Shown here: one piece after another, positions 41,170 through 50,914 of the stretch
How the letters are laid out: each line of letters starts with the position of its first letter
Position numbering within the stretch: the first letter of the stretch is position 1
Assembly: GCA_964529285.1 (NCBI GenBank)
Contig: CAZGWK010000004.1
Span: 25,868 to 77,679 of the forward strand
DNA: 51,812 nt
Reading direction: 5' to 3'
Source of the DNA: an uncultured Actinomycetota bacterium
GTDB lineage: Bacteria > Actinomycetota > Geothermincolia > Geothermincolales > RBG-13-55-18
The notes under the pieces: generated by a model
The model's input: the letters and a program-made list of their open reading frames with translations, nothing else
Database searches by the model: none
Told to the model about the DNA's origin: nothing
Position numbers and translations under genes: made by a program

Positions 41170-42552
41170 ATGAACAAGACCGCTGACGTGAGCGAACAGG
41201 TTCCGGAAAGGAAGCTCAACACGCGCACTCTGGCTTATGCTGCGGCCGCAGTCTTTGTGGTTCTCGTCCTTGCTTCTGGCGTCATCTGCATAGCATTCCT
41301 CGCGGCGGGAGCTTCCAGGACCGGCGACGCCGCGAGGACGACGGATATCCAGGAGCAGAGAGAGCTCATAGATTCCGCGCAAGGCCTGATGAACGGCGCC
41401 CTGATCGCTGCCATTGTCCTGTTCGTCCTGGAAGTGCTGCTGGCGGTCGCAGCGACACTGTCTTTTTTCCACTGGCTCAAAGGCTCCATGAACGAGATGA
41501 CCTGGCAGGTCCAGCAGGTAGCCGCGGGGGACGGCGACCTGACGCGGCAGATCGTGGTCAGCGACCGGCATACGTTCGGAGTTCTCGCTGATTCCATCAA
41601 CGTGATGATAAGCGCCCTGCGTGGCTCTATCGCGGAGATAGGCAAGATAGCGGGCGAGTTGAACAACAGCGCGGAGCAGATGTCGGCGGTCATCCAGCAG
41701 ATGAATGCCTCGAGCCAGGATATCTCGAGCACCATATCCCATATCGCGAAGGGCGGCGAGGAGCAGGCGCGCCGCGTACTGGATACCTCGCACGCCATGG
41801 AGATGATGAGTTCCTCCATGCAGGAGATGGCGGAAAAAGCGGACCTCTCAAACCAGGCCGCGATGGAAGCCATCGAGACCGCCCAGAGGGGGGCCGAGGC
41901 GGCCGTGGATACGGCGAGCGCCATGGACGTGATACGCGGCGCTGCCGAGATGGTGGTGGAGGCGAGCACGGGCCTCGAAGAACGTTTTATGCAGATAGGG
42001 ATCATCGTAGATGTCATCACCAGCGTGGCCGACCAGACCAACCTGCTTGCCCTGAACGCCGCCATAGAGGCGGCACGCGCGGGAGAGCAGGGACGCGGTT
42101 TTGCCGTTGTGGCGGAGGAGGTCAGGAGCCTGGCCGAAAACTCGCGCAAGTCGGCCGAGCAGATATCCAACCTCATCCGCGAGATACAGTCCGGGGTCAA
42201 CAAGATGAGAGGCAGTATAGATTCGGCTATCGACCAGGTGAAGGGCGGCACCGAGGTGGTGGAGAAAGCAGGAAGGGCCCTGCAGGAGATATCCGTCTCC
42301 ATCCAGAGCACGTCTCGCTATGCGAACGAGATAGCGGATACAACCCGGGAGCAGGTCTTGGGGAACGACGAGGCCCTGAAGGCTATTAACGAGATAGCAA
42401 GCATCGCCGACGAAACCGCGGCTTCCTCCGAGGAAGCCTCGGCTACGGTCGAGGAGCAAACGGCCTCAATGCAGGAAATGGCAGCCGCGGCTGCGGAACT
42501 TGCGGCCATGGCTGAAAAGCTGAATCAGCTGGTTAGCGGCTTCAGCGTTTAG
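41170..42552 (+). CDS. Methyl-accepting chemotaxis protein (2 TM, HAMP, signalling domain)
   Basis: Hairpin tip [36 protein letters not shown], a GDLT HAMP, and only about 25 aa between the TM helices. Confidence 0.96.
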   Translation: MNKTADVSEQVPERKLNTRTLAYAAAAVFVVLVLASGVICIAFLAAGASRTGDAARTTDIQEQRELIDSAQGLMNGALIAAIVLFVLEVLLAVAATLSFFHWLKGSMNEMTWQVQQVAAGDGDLTRQIVVSDRHTFGVLADSINVMISALRGSIAEIGKIAGELNNSAEQMSAVIQQMNASSQDISSTISHIAKGGEEQARRVLDTSHAMEMMSSSMQEMAEKADLSNQAAMEAIETAQRGAEAAVDTASAMDVIRGAAEMVVEASTGLEERFMQIGIIVDVITSVADQTNLLALNAAIEAARAGEQGRGFAVVAEEVRSLAENSRKSAEQISNLIREIQSGVNKMRGSIDSAIDQVKGGTEVVEKAGRALQEISVSIQSTSRYANEIADTTREQVLGNDEALKAINEIASIADETAASSEEASATVEEQTASMQEMAAAAAELAAMAEKLNQLVSGFSV

Positions 42553-42565
42553 GCGGGGGGTGTGA

Positions 42566-43852
42566 ATGGAAGACGAGCGATCCAAGGTAAGCGAGGAGAC
42601 ACTGAAGATACTTGCTATAGCCGCGGCGATAGCCTTACCTCTTGGCGTGGGTGGTTGTATCGGGCTGGCCTACGCCGCGAACAGCCTGTCCTGGAGCCCG
42701 GCATTGACGGGGCTGATCTTCGGCGTGGGCCTGGTCACACTGATCGCGTCCGCGGCGGTCTTCTATATTGCGCGCGTCTACCTGTTACCTATCCAGAAAA
42801 TGGAGAACGCCATTAGGAAGATGAACCAGAAGGACTTCACGGCAAGAGTAGATACGCCGTTCAAAGAGGGGATGTTCAAAGACCTGCTGGACGGATTGAA
42901 CACGCTCTCCGATTCCATGCGCGGGATGATCAGCGATCAGGCGGAAACGGCCGACCAGCTCACTTCCGCCAGCGACATGATGTCCAGCGTGTCCCGGGAG
43001 ACTACGGAGACCGCACAGGAGACGGCAAACACCGTATCCCAGTTGGCCCGCGGGTCCGAGGAGCAGGTTCACGCGATCCTGCAGGCGCAGGGAACGGTGA
43101 ACGAGATCGTGGACGAGATCAACCTGGCGGCGGAGAGGAGCCAGGAAGCCAGGCAGTTCAGCTCCCAGGCCCAGGAGACGGTGGAGAAGGGCGTGATCGC
43201 GGTACAGAGAGCGACCGAGAAGATGCAGCAGATAAAGACCACCGTCGATTCGTCCGCTAACGCCGTCAGGCAGCTCGGAGAGCATTCCGCCCAGATCGGG
43301 CTCATAGTGGACGTCATCACTTCCATAGCGGACCAGACCAACCTGCTCGCGCTCAATGCCGCCATCGAGGCGGCTCGCGCGGGGGAGCAGGGGCGGGGCT
43401 TCGCGGTGGTCGCGGGCGAGGTGCGGACCCTGGCGGAGGGTTCGGCAAAGGCCGCGTCGCAGATAGCCAACCTGGTGCGCGAGATCCAGCGGGGTATAGA
43501 AAATACCATAGACGGCATGGAGGGCGGGACCCAGGAGGCGGAAGAGGGCAACCTGGTCGTTTCCGAGGCCCAGTTCATGCTGCGGGAGATCGACGAGGCC
43601 TCCCACAGTATCGCGGAAAGGGTAACGGCGATATACGAGGCGACCCAGCAGGTGTCCGCCAAGAGCGGCAAAGTGGTGGAGGTTATGAGCTCCATCGCCG
43701 GCATATCGCAGGAGTCGGCGGCTTCGACGCAGGAGGTCTCGGCATCCATAGAGGAACAGACCGCGGCCATGCAGGAGGTCACGGCCGCGGCGCAGGAACT
43801 GGACGAGATCGCCAATCGCCTGCGCGAGATACAACGGGAGTTCAGGATATAG
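42566..43852 (+). CDS. Methyl-accepting chemotaxis protein (2 TM, HAMP, signalling domain)
   Basis: Same hairpin-tip motif, with only about 8 aa between the TM helices. Confidence 0.96.
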   Translation: MEDERSKVSEETLKILAIAAAIALPLGVGGCIGLAYAANSLSWSPALTGLIFGVGLVTLIASAAVFYIARVYLLPIQKMENAIRKMNQKDFTARVDTPFKEGMFKDLLDGLNTLSDSMRGMISDQAETADQLTSASDMMSSVSRETTETAQETANTVSQLARGSEEQVHAILQAQGTVNEIVDEINLAAERSQEARQFSSQAQETVEKGVIAVQRATEKMQQIKTTVDSSANAVRQLGEHSAQIGLIVDVITSIADQTNLLALNAAIEAARAGEQGRGFAVVAGEVRTLAEGSAKAASQIANLVREIQRGIENTIDGMEGGTQEAEEGNLVVSEAQFMLREIDEASHSIAERVTAIYEATQQVSAKSGKVVEVMSSIAGISQESAASTQEVSASIEEQTAAMQEVTAAAQELDEIANRLREIQREFRI

Positions 43853-43946
43853 AGCGAGCGCGCACGCTTCGTTGTGAGCGGGTAAGAGTTGGGATATATT
43901 GAGTTTATGGCGGTCGGAAGACGGTCTCGGCTCGGGAGGAAATATT

Positions 43947-44414
43947 ATGGCGGAAGATGTAAAAACGGCAGAGGAGATGCAGCTGGTCGTCTTCAGCCTG
44001 GGCCGTGAGGAATTCGCGGTGGAGGTTACCCAGGTACGCGAGATTATGCGCATGGAGGAGATAACGCGCATGCCGAAAAGCCCCCATTTCGTGGAGGGCA
44101 TCATCAACCTGCGAGGCCAGATCATCGCCGTGGTAGAGCTCGCGAAAAGGTTGAACCTGGAGACGGGGGAGAGAAGCGACGATACCCGCATTATCGTGGT
44201 GGAGGCGGAGGATATCAAGGTAGGCATGATCGTGGATTCGGTCTCCGAAGTGCTGCGCGTCGAGGCGGAAGAGGTCGAGCCGAGCCCGACGCTGGCCACG
44301 GACATCTCTTCCGCTTTCCTGCAGGGTGTAGTGAAAAAGGATAACAGGTTGATCATAATGCTTGATCTCACCAAGGTACTCTCCTTGCAGGAGATGGCGA
44401 GTCTTGGCTTCTAA
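43947..44414 (+). CDS. cheW: Chemotaxis coupling protein CheW
   Basis: Motifs QLVVFSLGREEFAV, GIINLRGQII and GMIVDSVSEV. ATG 43947 follows GGAGG. Confidence 0.96.
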   Translation: MAEDVKTAEEMQLVVFSLGREEFAVEVTQVREIMRMEEITRMPKSPHFVEGIINLRGQIIAVVELAKRLNLETGERSDDTRIIVVEAEDIKVGMIVDSVSEVLRVEAEEVEPSPTLATDISSAFLQGVVKKDNRLIIMLDLTKVLSLQEMASLGF

Positions 44415-44463
44415 TGCGACGTAAGCGGAGCTGTTACAGGGAGGACAAGGAAAGGAGGAAAGG

Positions 44464-44829
44464 ATGGCGCCGACCGTGCTGATCGTCGACGACGCCCTCT
44501 TCATGCGTATGATGATCAGGGACATCCTGTCCAAGGACGGCTTTGAGGTGGTTGGCGAGGCCGAGAACGGCCTTGAAGCGGTGGAACGTTTCAAGGACAT
44601 TAAGCCGGACCTCGTGACCATGGATATCGTTATGCCGGAAATGGACGGCATCGAGGCGGTCAAGCAGATAATGAAGATAGACCCCGATGCCAAGATCCTG
44701 ATGTGTAGTGCGATGGGGCAACAGCCTCTGGTGGTGGAAGCACTGGAGGCAGGGGCGAAGGACTTCATAATCAAGCCTTTCCAGCCCTCGAAGGTAATCG
44801 AGGCGGTAGAGAAAGCCCTCAAGGAATAA
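44464..44829 (+). CDS. cheY: Chemotaxis response regulator CheY
   Basis: Stand-alone receiver: VLIVDDALFMR, VTMDIVMPEMDG, CSAMGQ and FIIKPF (Bacillus/Thermotoga/archaeal type). Confidence 0.94.
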   Translation: MAPTVLIVDDALFMRMMIRDILSKDGFEVVGEAENGLEAVERFKDIKPDLVTMDIVMPEMDGIEAVKQIMKIDPDAKILMCSAMGQQPLVVEALEAGAKDFIIKPFQPSKVIEAVEKALKE

Positions 44830-44856
44830 GCTGGGTCTCCCCCTGGTGGGGAGGAG

Positions 44857-45909
44857 GTGAAGCTGTTGCCCCAAAAAATCCGGGTGCTGATCGTCGATGA
44901 CTCCGCTCTGGTGCGCAAACTCCTCAGGGATGTCATCTCCGGAGATTCCGGCATGGAAGTCGTAGGGACCGCTTCCAACGGCATTGAGGCCATACGCGCG
45001 ATAACGGAGCTCGATCCCGACGTGGTGACCATGGACATCCACATGCCGGAGATGGACGGACTCACTGCGCTCGAGTACATCATGCGCAAGCATCCCCTGC
45101 CCGTGGTAATGCTCAGCGCGCTTGCCCAGAAGGGAGCAAACGCTACCCTGAAAGCGCTCGAGCTGGGGGCCGTTGATTTTATCGCCAAGCCATCTCATTA
45201 CCCGTCGGCAGTAAAAGAAGTGCGCGAGGAAGTGGTTCTGAAGATCAAAACCGCATCGCAGGCACGCGCCCACTTGCTCAAGGCGCAAACGAAAAAGAAG
45301 ACGAAACAGGGGCTCCTTGTCTCCAGAGGCGTAAAGGCCGGAACAAAGCTGGTGGTGATAGGCGCTTCGGCGGGCGGGCCAAAGGCCCTGGCGGAGATAA
45401 TGCCCCGCTTCCCGGAGGACATGCCGGCCGCCATCATCATAGTGCAGCATATGCCCGGGGTCTTTACGCGTTCGTTTGCCGGGAGGCTGAACAACATTTG
45501 TCCGTTAAGCGTTAAGGAGGCCGAGGAGAACGAGGAGTTGCAGCCCGGCAGAGTGTTGCTCGCTCCCGGGGGCAAGGACCTCATCGTGACTTCCGACAAC
45601 CAGGGGTCGGCGAGGGTGGAATTGATGGATTCGCAGAATCGCGTCGGCGCCTCTCCACGCATAGATTCCGCCATGATCACTGCCGCCGAGGCGTACGGGC
45701 CCATGTCCATAGGCGTGATCATGACGGGGATGGGCGCCGACGGCGCGAACGGCATGGAGAAGATCAAGAAGAACAAGGGGAACACGATCGCGCAAGACGG
45801 GGAAACATGCCTGGTATTCGGGATGCCAAGAGTGGCCATAGAAAGGGGCTTCGTGGACCATGTGGTTTCCCTGGACTTGATACCCGACAAGGTCATGGAG
45901 CTGTTGTAA
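44857..45909 (+). CDS. cheB: Chemotaxis methylesterase CheB
   Basis: Receiver domain plus GASAGGP, VQHMP and MTGMGADGA. Confidence 0.96.
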   Translation: MKLLPQKIRVLIVDDSALVRKLLRDVISGDSGMEVVGTASNGIEAIRAITELDPDVVTMDIHMPEMDGLTALEYIMRKHPLPVVMLSALAQKGANATLKALELGAVDFIAKPSHYPSAVKEVREEVVLKIKTASQARAHLLKAQTKKKTKQGLLVSRGVKAGTKLVVIGASAGGPKALAEIMPRFPEDMPAAIIIVQHMPGVFTRSFAGRLNNICPLSVKEAEENEELQPGRVLLAPGGKDLIVTSDNQGSARVELMDSQNRVGASPRIDSAMITAAEAYGPMSIGVIMTGMGADGANGMEKIKKNKGNTIAQDGETCLVFGMPRVAIERGFVDHVVSLDLIPDKVMELL

Positions 45910-45949
45910 GGATTCTGCCCGCTGCAGGACGCGGAGGGAATGCCAGATA

Positions 45950-48031
45950 ATGGATATGGATATTTCTCAATATAAAGAGCTTTTCATAAGCGAAGCCCAG
46001 GAACACCTGGAGGCCTTGAACCAGTCCATGGTAGACCTGGAGAAAGACCCGGGAAACCCGGATGTGCTCACGGAGATCTTCCGCTCCGCTCACACCCTGA
46101 AGGGCATGTCGGCGACCATGGGCTTCGACCAACTCACGGAACTTTCCCACGAGATGGAAAGCGTGTTGGACGGACTGCGCGGCGGCGACATAGAGGTGAG
46201 CACGGACACCGTGGACCTGCTCTTCGGCTGCTTCGACATGCTGGGAGCCATCGTGTCGGACATCTCGCTGGAAAGCGGCAAGGTCCTGGACACGAGGCCG
46301 CTCATCGAGGCCTTGCGGGAGGTATATGTGGGAGAAAAGGGCCCCGCGGCCGGCATGGAGGCACCCGCAAGGCCGCAGAAGAAGGCGAGGTCGAAGAAGA
46401 AGCCCAAGCCACTGCCAGTAGAGGACCAGGAAGAAGAGGTCGTGGTCGCAGAGGCCGCAAGGTCGAAAGAGCTCGAGGTGGCGGCCGCAGGGGGCGTGGA
46501 GATATCAGGAGAGAAGAAGTGGAGGTTGCTGGTAACCCTGGATAAAGACTGCGTGCTCAAGTCGGTCAGGGTTTTTATGATCTTCAAGAGGCTTTCGCAG
46601 ATGGGGAGAGTCGTAAGCTCGCGACCCTCGGTTGAGGACCTGGAAGACGAGAAATTCGACCGCTCTTTCGAGGTGGTAGTGGCCACCGAGGACAGCCTTG
46701 AGTCCGTGCGCGGGGCGCTGCTCACCATCGCCGAGGTATTCGAGGTAGGGGTGGTGCACGCGGAAGGTGCGGAAGCGACGGTGGAGATAGAGACCGCGGG
46801 CGGAGAGGCCGAACGCGAGCCCGAAGCGGAAGAGGCTGCCGAGGAGGAGGTCCAGGAAACCACGGGCATAACCGCCGGTCCGGTGCGTACCCAGAGCGTC
46901 CGCGTGAACATTTCGCGCCTGGACAACCTGATGAACCTCATAGGCGAGCTGGTGATAAACCGCACGAGGCTGCAGGAGATCGCATCTTCCATGAAAGTAT
47001 CGGAATTGAAGGAAGCCTTGGCCCAGACGGCACGCCTGACGGCGGAACTGCAGGACGAGGTGATGAAAACCCGCATGGTGCCGGTGGAACATATCTTCAA
47101 CCGCTTTCCGCGCATGGTCCGGGACCTGGCGAAAAACCGGGGCAAAGAAGTCGACTTCGTAATAGAAGGCAAGGACATCGAACTGGACCGTACCATCCTG
47201 GACGAGATAAGCGATCCCCTGATGCACCTGCTGCGCAATGCGGTGGACCACGGCATAGACACCCCCGAGGAGCGTGAGTCGAGAGGCAAGCCGCGGCGCG
47301 GCAGCATAAGGCTGGTTGCGCGGCGCGACCGCAACTACGTATCAATAGAGATCAATGACGACGGCAAGGGGGTAGACGCGCAAAAGATATTCGACATCGC
47401 CGAAAGCGCCGGCCTTGTATCCGCGGAAGAGAGAAATGCGTTGAGCGAAGGTGACAGCTTGCGCTTTCTGGTCATGCCGGGGTTCTCCTCCGCGGAGGAA
47501 GTGAGCGGCGTCTCGGGAAGGGGCGTCGGCCTGGATGTCGTGAAGAACAAGGTGGAGTCCCTGGGCGGCATGCTCATCATGCAGAGCGTCAGGGACGAGG
47601 GTACCACGTTTGCCTTGAAACTGCCCCTCACCCTGGCTATCATTCAGGCACTGCTGGTCAAGGTCCAGGGAGAGATATACGCAGTGCCGTTGGGGGTGGT
47701 CGCGGAGACCGCCGTGATCTCGTCACACGAGATAAAATATGTCTCCAACCAGGAGGTGATCTTCCTGCGGGACGAGACGTTGCCGCTCATGCGCCTGAGC
47801 GATTATCTCGGACTGGGAGGCGAGAACGGGCAGGGCAGTTTCCCCGTGGTCGTGGTGGAGGTGGGCTTGAAGAGCGTGGCCATAGCCGTTGATGAGCTGA
47901 TGGGGCAACAGGAGATCGTCATCACCAGCCTGGACCGCTTCCTGAAACAGGTCAGAGGCTTTGGAGGTGCGACTATACTGGGGACGGGAGAAGTCGCGCT
48001 TATACTGGACATCCCGACTCTGTTATCCTGA
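45950..48031 (+). CDS. cheA: Chemotaxis histidine kinase CheA
   Basis: HPt FRSAHTLKG, P2 domain, HLLRNAVDHG, SGRGVGLDVV and a C-terminal CheW-like domain. Confidence 0.97.
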   Translation: MDMDISQYKELFISEAQEHLEALNQSMVDLEKDPGNPDVLTEIFRSAHTLKGMSATMGFDQLTELSHEMESVLDGLRGGDIEVSTDTVDLLFGCFDMLGAIVSDISLESGKVLDTRPLIEALREVYVGEKGPAAGMEAPARPQKKARSKKKPKPLPVEDQEEEVVVAEAARSKELEVAAAGGVEISGEKKWRLLVTLDKDCVLKSVRVFMIFKRLSQMGRVVSSRPSVEDLEDEKFDRSFEVVVATEDSLESVRGALLTIAEVFEVGVVHAEGAEATVEIETAGGEAEREPEAEEAAEEEVQETTGITAGPVRTQSVRVNISRLDNLMNLIGELVINRTRLQEIASSMKVSELKEALAQTARLTAELQDEVMKTRMVPVEHIFNRFPRMVRDLAKNRGKEVDFVIEGKDIELDRTILDEISDPLMHLLRNAVDHGIDTPEERESRGKPRRGSIRLVARRDRNYVSIEINDDGKGVDAQKIFDIAESAGLVSAEERNALSEGDSLRFLVMPGFSSAEEVSGVSGRGVGLDVVKNKVESLGGMLIMQSVRDEGTTFALKLPLTLAIIQALLVKVQGEIYAVPLGVVAETAVISSHEIKYVSNQEVIFLRDETLPLMRLSDYLGLGGENGQGSFPVVVVEVGLKSVAIAVDELMGQQEIVITSLDRFLKQVRGFGGATILGTGEVALILDIPTLLS

Positions 48032-48067
48032 TAGGGATTTGATGTCGAGCAATCCCCGAAAGGAGGA

Positions 48068-48682
48068 ATGATGGCAGAGAGGAAAGGGCTTACCCCCTTG
48101 CAGCTCGATGCTCTCAGGGAGGTGGGCAATATAGGCTCAGGAAATGCCGCCGTGGCCCTTTCCACCATGGTGGACAAGAAGGTGCTGTTGAGTGTGCCCA
48201 GGGCTTCACTGGTGCCCCTCGTAAAGGTGTCCGACCTCGTGGGCGGCGCGGAGACGCCCGTGGTCGGCGTATACCTCCATATAAGCGGTGATGCATCGGG
48301 AAGCATGCTGCTCCTGCTCGCGGAGACCAGCGCTAACGAGCTCGCCCAACTGATGGTCTCCAAGGACAACGAAGACGAACTGACGACGGTCGAGCAGTCC
48401 GCCTTGCAGGAGACGGGAAGCATCCTGGCAGGCTCCTATCTGAATGCGCTGTCGCAGATGACCGGCATACTGTTGCGGCCTTCGGTCCCCGGTTTCGCGA
48501 TGGATATGGCGGGGGCGATAATCGACTTCATACTGGTGGAGATAAGCCAGTCCGATGACTACGTCCTGGTGATAGAGACGGAATTTGACATCATGGAACA
48601 AGTGATCAAGGGGCACCTCATTCTATTTCCAGACCTGGGATCCCTGGATATCATACTGGGAAGACTGGGAGTAAGTGATTGA
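48068..48682 (+). CDS. cheC: CheY-P phosphatase CheC
   Basis: Motifs DALREVGNIGSGNAA and SALQETGSILAGSY. Confidence 0.94.
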   Translation: MMAERKGLTPLQLDALREVGNIGSGNAAVALSTMVDKKVLLSVPRASLVPLVKVSDLVGGAETPVVGVYLHISGDASGSMLLLLAETSANELAQLMVSKDNEDELTTVEQSALQETGSILAGSYLNALSQMTGILLRPSVPGFAMDMAGAIIDFILVEISQSDDYVLVIETEFDIMEQVIKGHLILFPDLGSLDIILGRLGVSD

Positions 48683-48816
48683 GGAAAAGAGTGCCCGGTG
48701 ACGGGCGCTTGCGCGGAAAGCTCGATCATATGGAAGCGGATCGAGGGTTTTCCGCTCTGCTCAACGTCAGGGAGGGTCCTGCTCATGACCAGGAGAAAGT
48801 GCGGGGTGAAGGACCT

Positions 48817-49332
48817 GTGTCGCTGGAAGTCGTTAACGTAGGAGTCGCGGAGTATTTCGTGACGCACAATCCACATATCCTGGCAAGCTACGGCCTGGGC
48901 AGCTGCGTCGGAGTGGCCCTATATGACGACAAGCACAAGATCGGAGGCCTGGCCCACATCATGCTTCCCGATTCCAGGTCCATGACCAAGAAGGGCAATG
49001 CGGGAAAATTTGCGGACACGGCTATCATCGCCATGGTCGACGAAATGGAGAGACTGGGCTCAAAGCGATGGGACATAAAAGCCAGGATTGCCGGGGGAGC
49101 GTGCATGTTCAGCATACCGGGCGCTACGAACCCGCGTAACGTCCCCGGCCCTTGCCTCGGCATGCAGATAGGGGAGCGCAACATAGAAGCAGCCAAGGCT
49201 GCACTCGAGGAGCTGAAGATACAATTGATCTGCGAGGATACGGGCGGGAGCTACGGCAGGACGATGCGCTTCGATATCTCCAACGGCAAGGTTACCATAA
49301 GCTCGATCAAACACGGAGCGAAAGAACTGTGA
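48817..49332 (+). CDS. cheD: Chemoreceptor glutamine deamidase CheD
   Basis: Motifs GLGSCVGV, GGLAHIMLP, GGACMF, IGERN and EDTGGSYGR. The start is uncertain (48679, 48799 or 48817). Confidence 0.94.
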   Translation: MSLEVVNVGVAEYFVTHNPHILASYGLGSCVGVALYDDKHKIGGLAHIMLPDSRSMTKKGNAGKFADTAIIAMVDEMERLGSKRWDIKARIAGGACMFSIPGATNPRNVPGPCLGMQIGERNIEAAKAALEELKIQLICEDTGGSYGRTMRFDISNGKVTISSIKHGAKEL

Positions 49333-49688
49333 AGGAAGACTATAAGGGCGAAAGCGTGGAAGTCTCCAGCGAGGCGATCGCGGCCCTGGCGGCCCAGGCC
49401 ACGAGCGGCGTTGAGGGAGCAGAAGTGATCCAGCAGTCCCCGGTCGAGAACCTTACCTCGCGCGTGAAGAGGGAGTTCGTGCACATGGGCGTGAAGGTCA
49501 GCCGGGAAGAGGATTCCTGCCGGCTGACTTTGTACCTGAAGGTCGCTTACGGCACCAGCATTCCGGCCCTGGCGAGGGAGGTAAGGAGCAAGGTCAAGGA
49601 ATACGTGGAAGGCCTCACCGAGACGAAAGTCGAGGAGGTCGAGATAGTGATAGAGGACGTCGAACCCCCCTCCGAACCCTCAGCCTGA
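49329..49688 (+). CDS. Asp23/Gls24-family protein
   Basis: VEVSSEAIAALA, GVKV, VAYGTSIPALAREVRSKVKEYVEGLT and VEEVEIVIEDV. The GTG start overlaps the cheD TGA. Confidence 0.85.
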   Translation: MKEDYKGESVEVSSEAIAALAAQATSGVEGAEVIQQSPVENLTSRVKREFVHMGVKVSREEDSCRLTLYLKVAYGTSIPALAREVRSKVKEYVEGLTETKVEEVEIVIEDVEPPSEPSA

Positions 49689-49731
49689 GCAACCACCTCC
49701 GACAGCCTGAATCGCGTAAGCGACAACGGCA

Positions 49732-49912
49732 CCCGAAGGGTGACGTGACGGTGTCCCAGCGCCTCCACGTTTCCGAACGTGGAGGCCTGGCACGTGTACG
49801 CATCGGTATTGAGCCCGAAGGGTGACGCGACGGTGTCAGGTCTTTTGCGTGAAGCTCGGGTTCGCGTTGCCACTGTGGTTTCTCTGAAGCCTGAGGCCTG
49901 GAACGTGTGCGC
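49732..49912. repeat. Two degenerate tandem repeat units with an internal hairpin (REP-like)
   Basis: CCCGAAGGGTGACG(T/C)GACGGTGTC at 49732 and 49814; GAGGCCTGG(C/A)ACGTGT(A/G)CGC at 49782 and 49893; 11-bp perfect hairpin at 49761-49786. Confidence 0.75.
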
Positions 49913-49925
49913 TCGGAAGCGTGCC

Positions 49926-50912
49926 CTATTCACTCGGAGCAAAGTAGTTGACGATGGACTTTGCTATGGCGGTCGCCAGGTCGCTGCCGGGAGCGGTTCT
50001 GATGCCCGATTCCAGGATAACGCAGGGCATGCGGGTTTCCCGCAGCAGTGGGTAGCTCTTCGCCTGCGGCGGCGGCAACTCGGCGCCGCTCAGCGAAGAT
50101 ATCTCGGCCAGCAGGAGCTCGGCCAGGCGCTTGCCGCGCGGCGAAGTGTAACCCTTGCTTCCGAAGAAATATATGCGCACGGCGCTCGCCGAGGTTGTTC
50201 TTAGACCGAGAACGAGGTCCGCATTGCGGTCGTTGGCGAGACGCGCACGCCGGCTTTCCGGCAGCGGAGCAGAAGTGCCGCCGGTCAGGAGTGATTTCAC
50301 GCCGGCGGACAAAAGCTCTCCGCTGGCGAGGCGCAAGATGCCTTCGGCACCCGCGTCTTCCTCGGCCGCGTCGAGGACCACGCTCCTTCCCTCCAGACCC
50401 CGCGTGGCGAGGTCCTGAAGCGTTTCATGCACTTCCGCAACGCTGGTTTCTTTCAAGGCGTGCTTAAGGCGCTGCAGGCAGGAGATGGTAGAGGAGCCCG
50501 CGATGCCGTCGACGGAAAGCCCCGTGTTGTGCTGAAAGGCGCGGAGCGCGCGATCGGTGTCCTGTCCGAAGATACCGTCCTCGCGGCCGGCGTTAAAGCC
50601 GAGACGGTTGAGGTAACGCTGTACCTCGCGAACATCGTCGCCCCGGAAGGGAGGGACGCGAAGATAAAGAAAGCGGTCGCCCAGGCGGATGGAAGCCTCT
50701 ACCAGTTCCTGCCAGGTGGTTTCGTCGACGCTCCCCTCGACGCGCAGGCCCCGGGCCTCCTGGAACTCGCGCACCGCTCGAGACGTGTTCTCCCCGTAAT
50801 AAGCCTCGCTCATCTCCTTCTCGAAGACGGGCGAGGAGAAACCGAGGTCGTGCAGCCTTTTCTGCACGTCGCTCACTGCCGGGCCGCGGTCGCCGGGAAC
50901 TACGGTCCTCAC
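49926..50912 (-). CDS. CwlM-like protein: two peptidoglycan-binding domains plus a degenerate Amidase_3 domain
   Basis: GDRGPAVSDVQKRL...VREFQ and GDDVREVQRYL...DGIFG...FQ, followed by the amidase-like RARLAN, SPRGKRLA and LLRETRMPCVILE. Confidence 0.85.
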   Translation of the reverse strand: MRTVVPGDRGPAVSDVQKRLHDLGFSSPVFEKEMSEAYYGENTSRAVREFQEARGLRVEGSVDETTWQELVEASIRLGDRFLYLRVPPFRGDDVREVQRYLNRLGFNAGREDGIFGQDTDRALRAFQHNTGLSVDGIAGSSTISCLQRLKHALKETSVAEVHETLQDLATRGLEGRSVVLDAAEEDAGAEGILRLASGELLSAGVKSLLTGGTSAPLPESRRARLANDRNADLVLGLRTTSASAVRIYFFGSKGYTSPRGKRLAELLLAEISSLSGAELPPPQAKSYPLLRETRMPCVILESGIRTAPGSDLATAIAKSIVNYFAPSE

Positions 50913-50914
50913 CG

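Noticed and set aside
42785-47334. Several 300-530-aa minus-strand ORFs
   Set aside because: Antisense shadows of the MCP and che genes, with Ser/Arg-rich composition typical of non-coding frames.
49732-49912. Mini-CRISPR array
   Set aside because: Only two units of unequal length, and no cas genes in the window.
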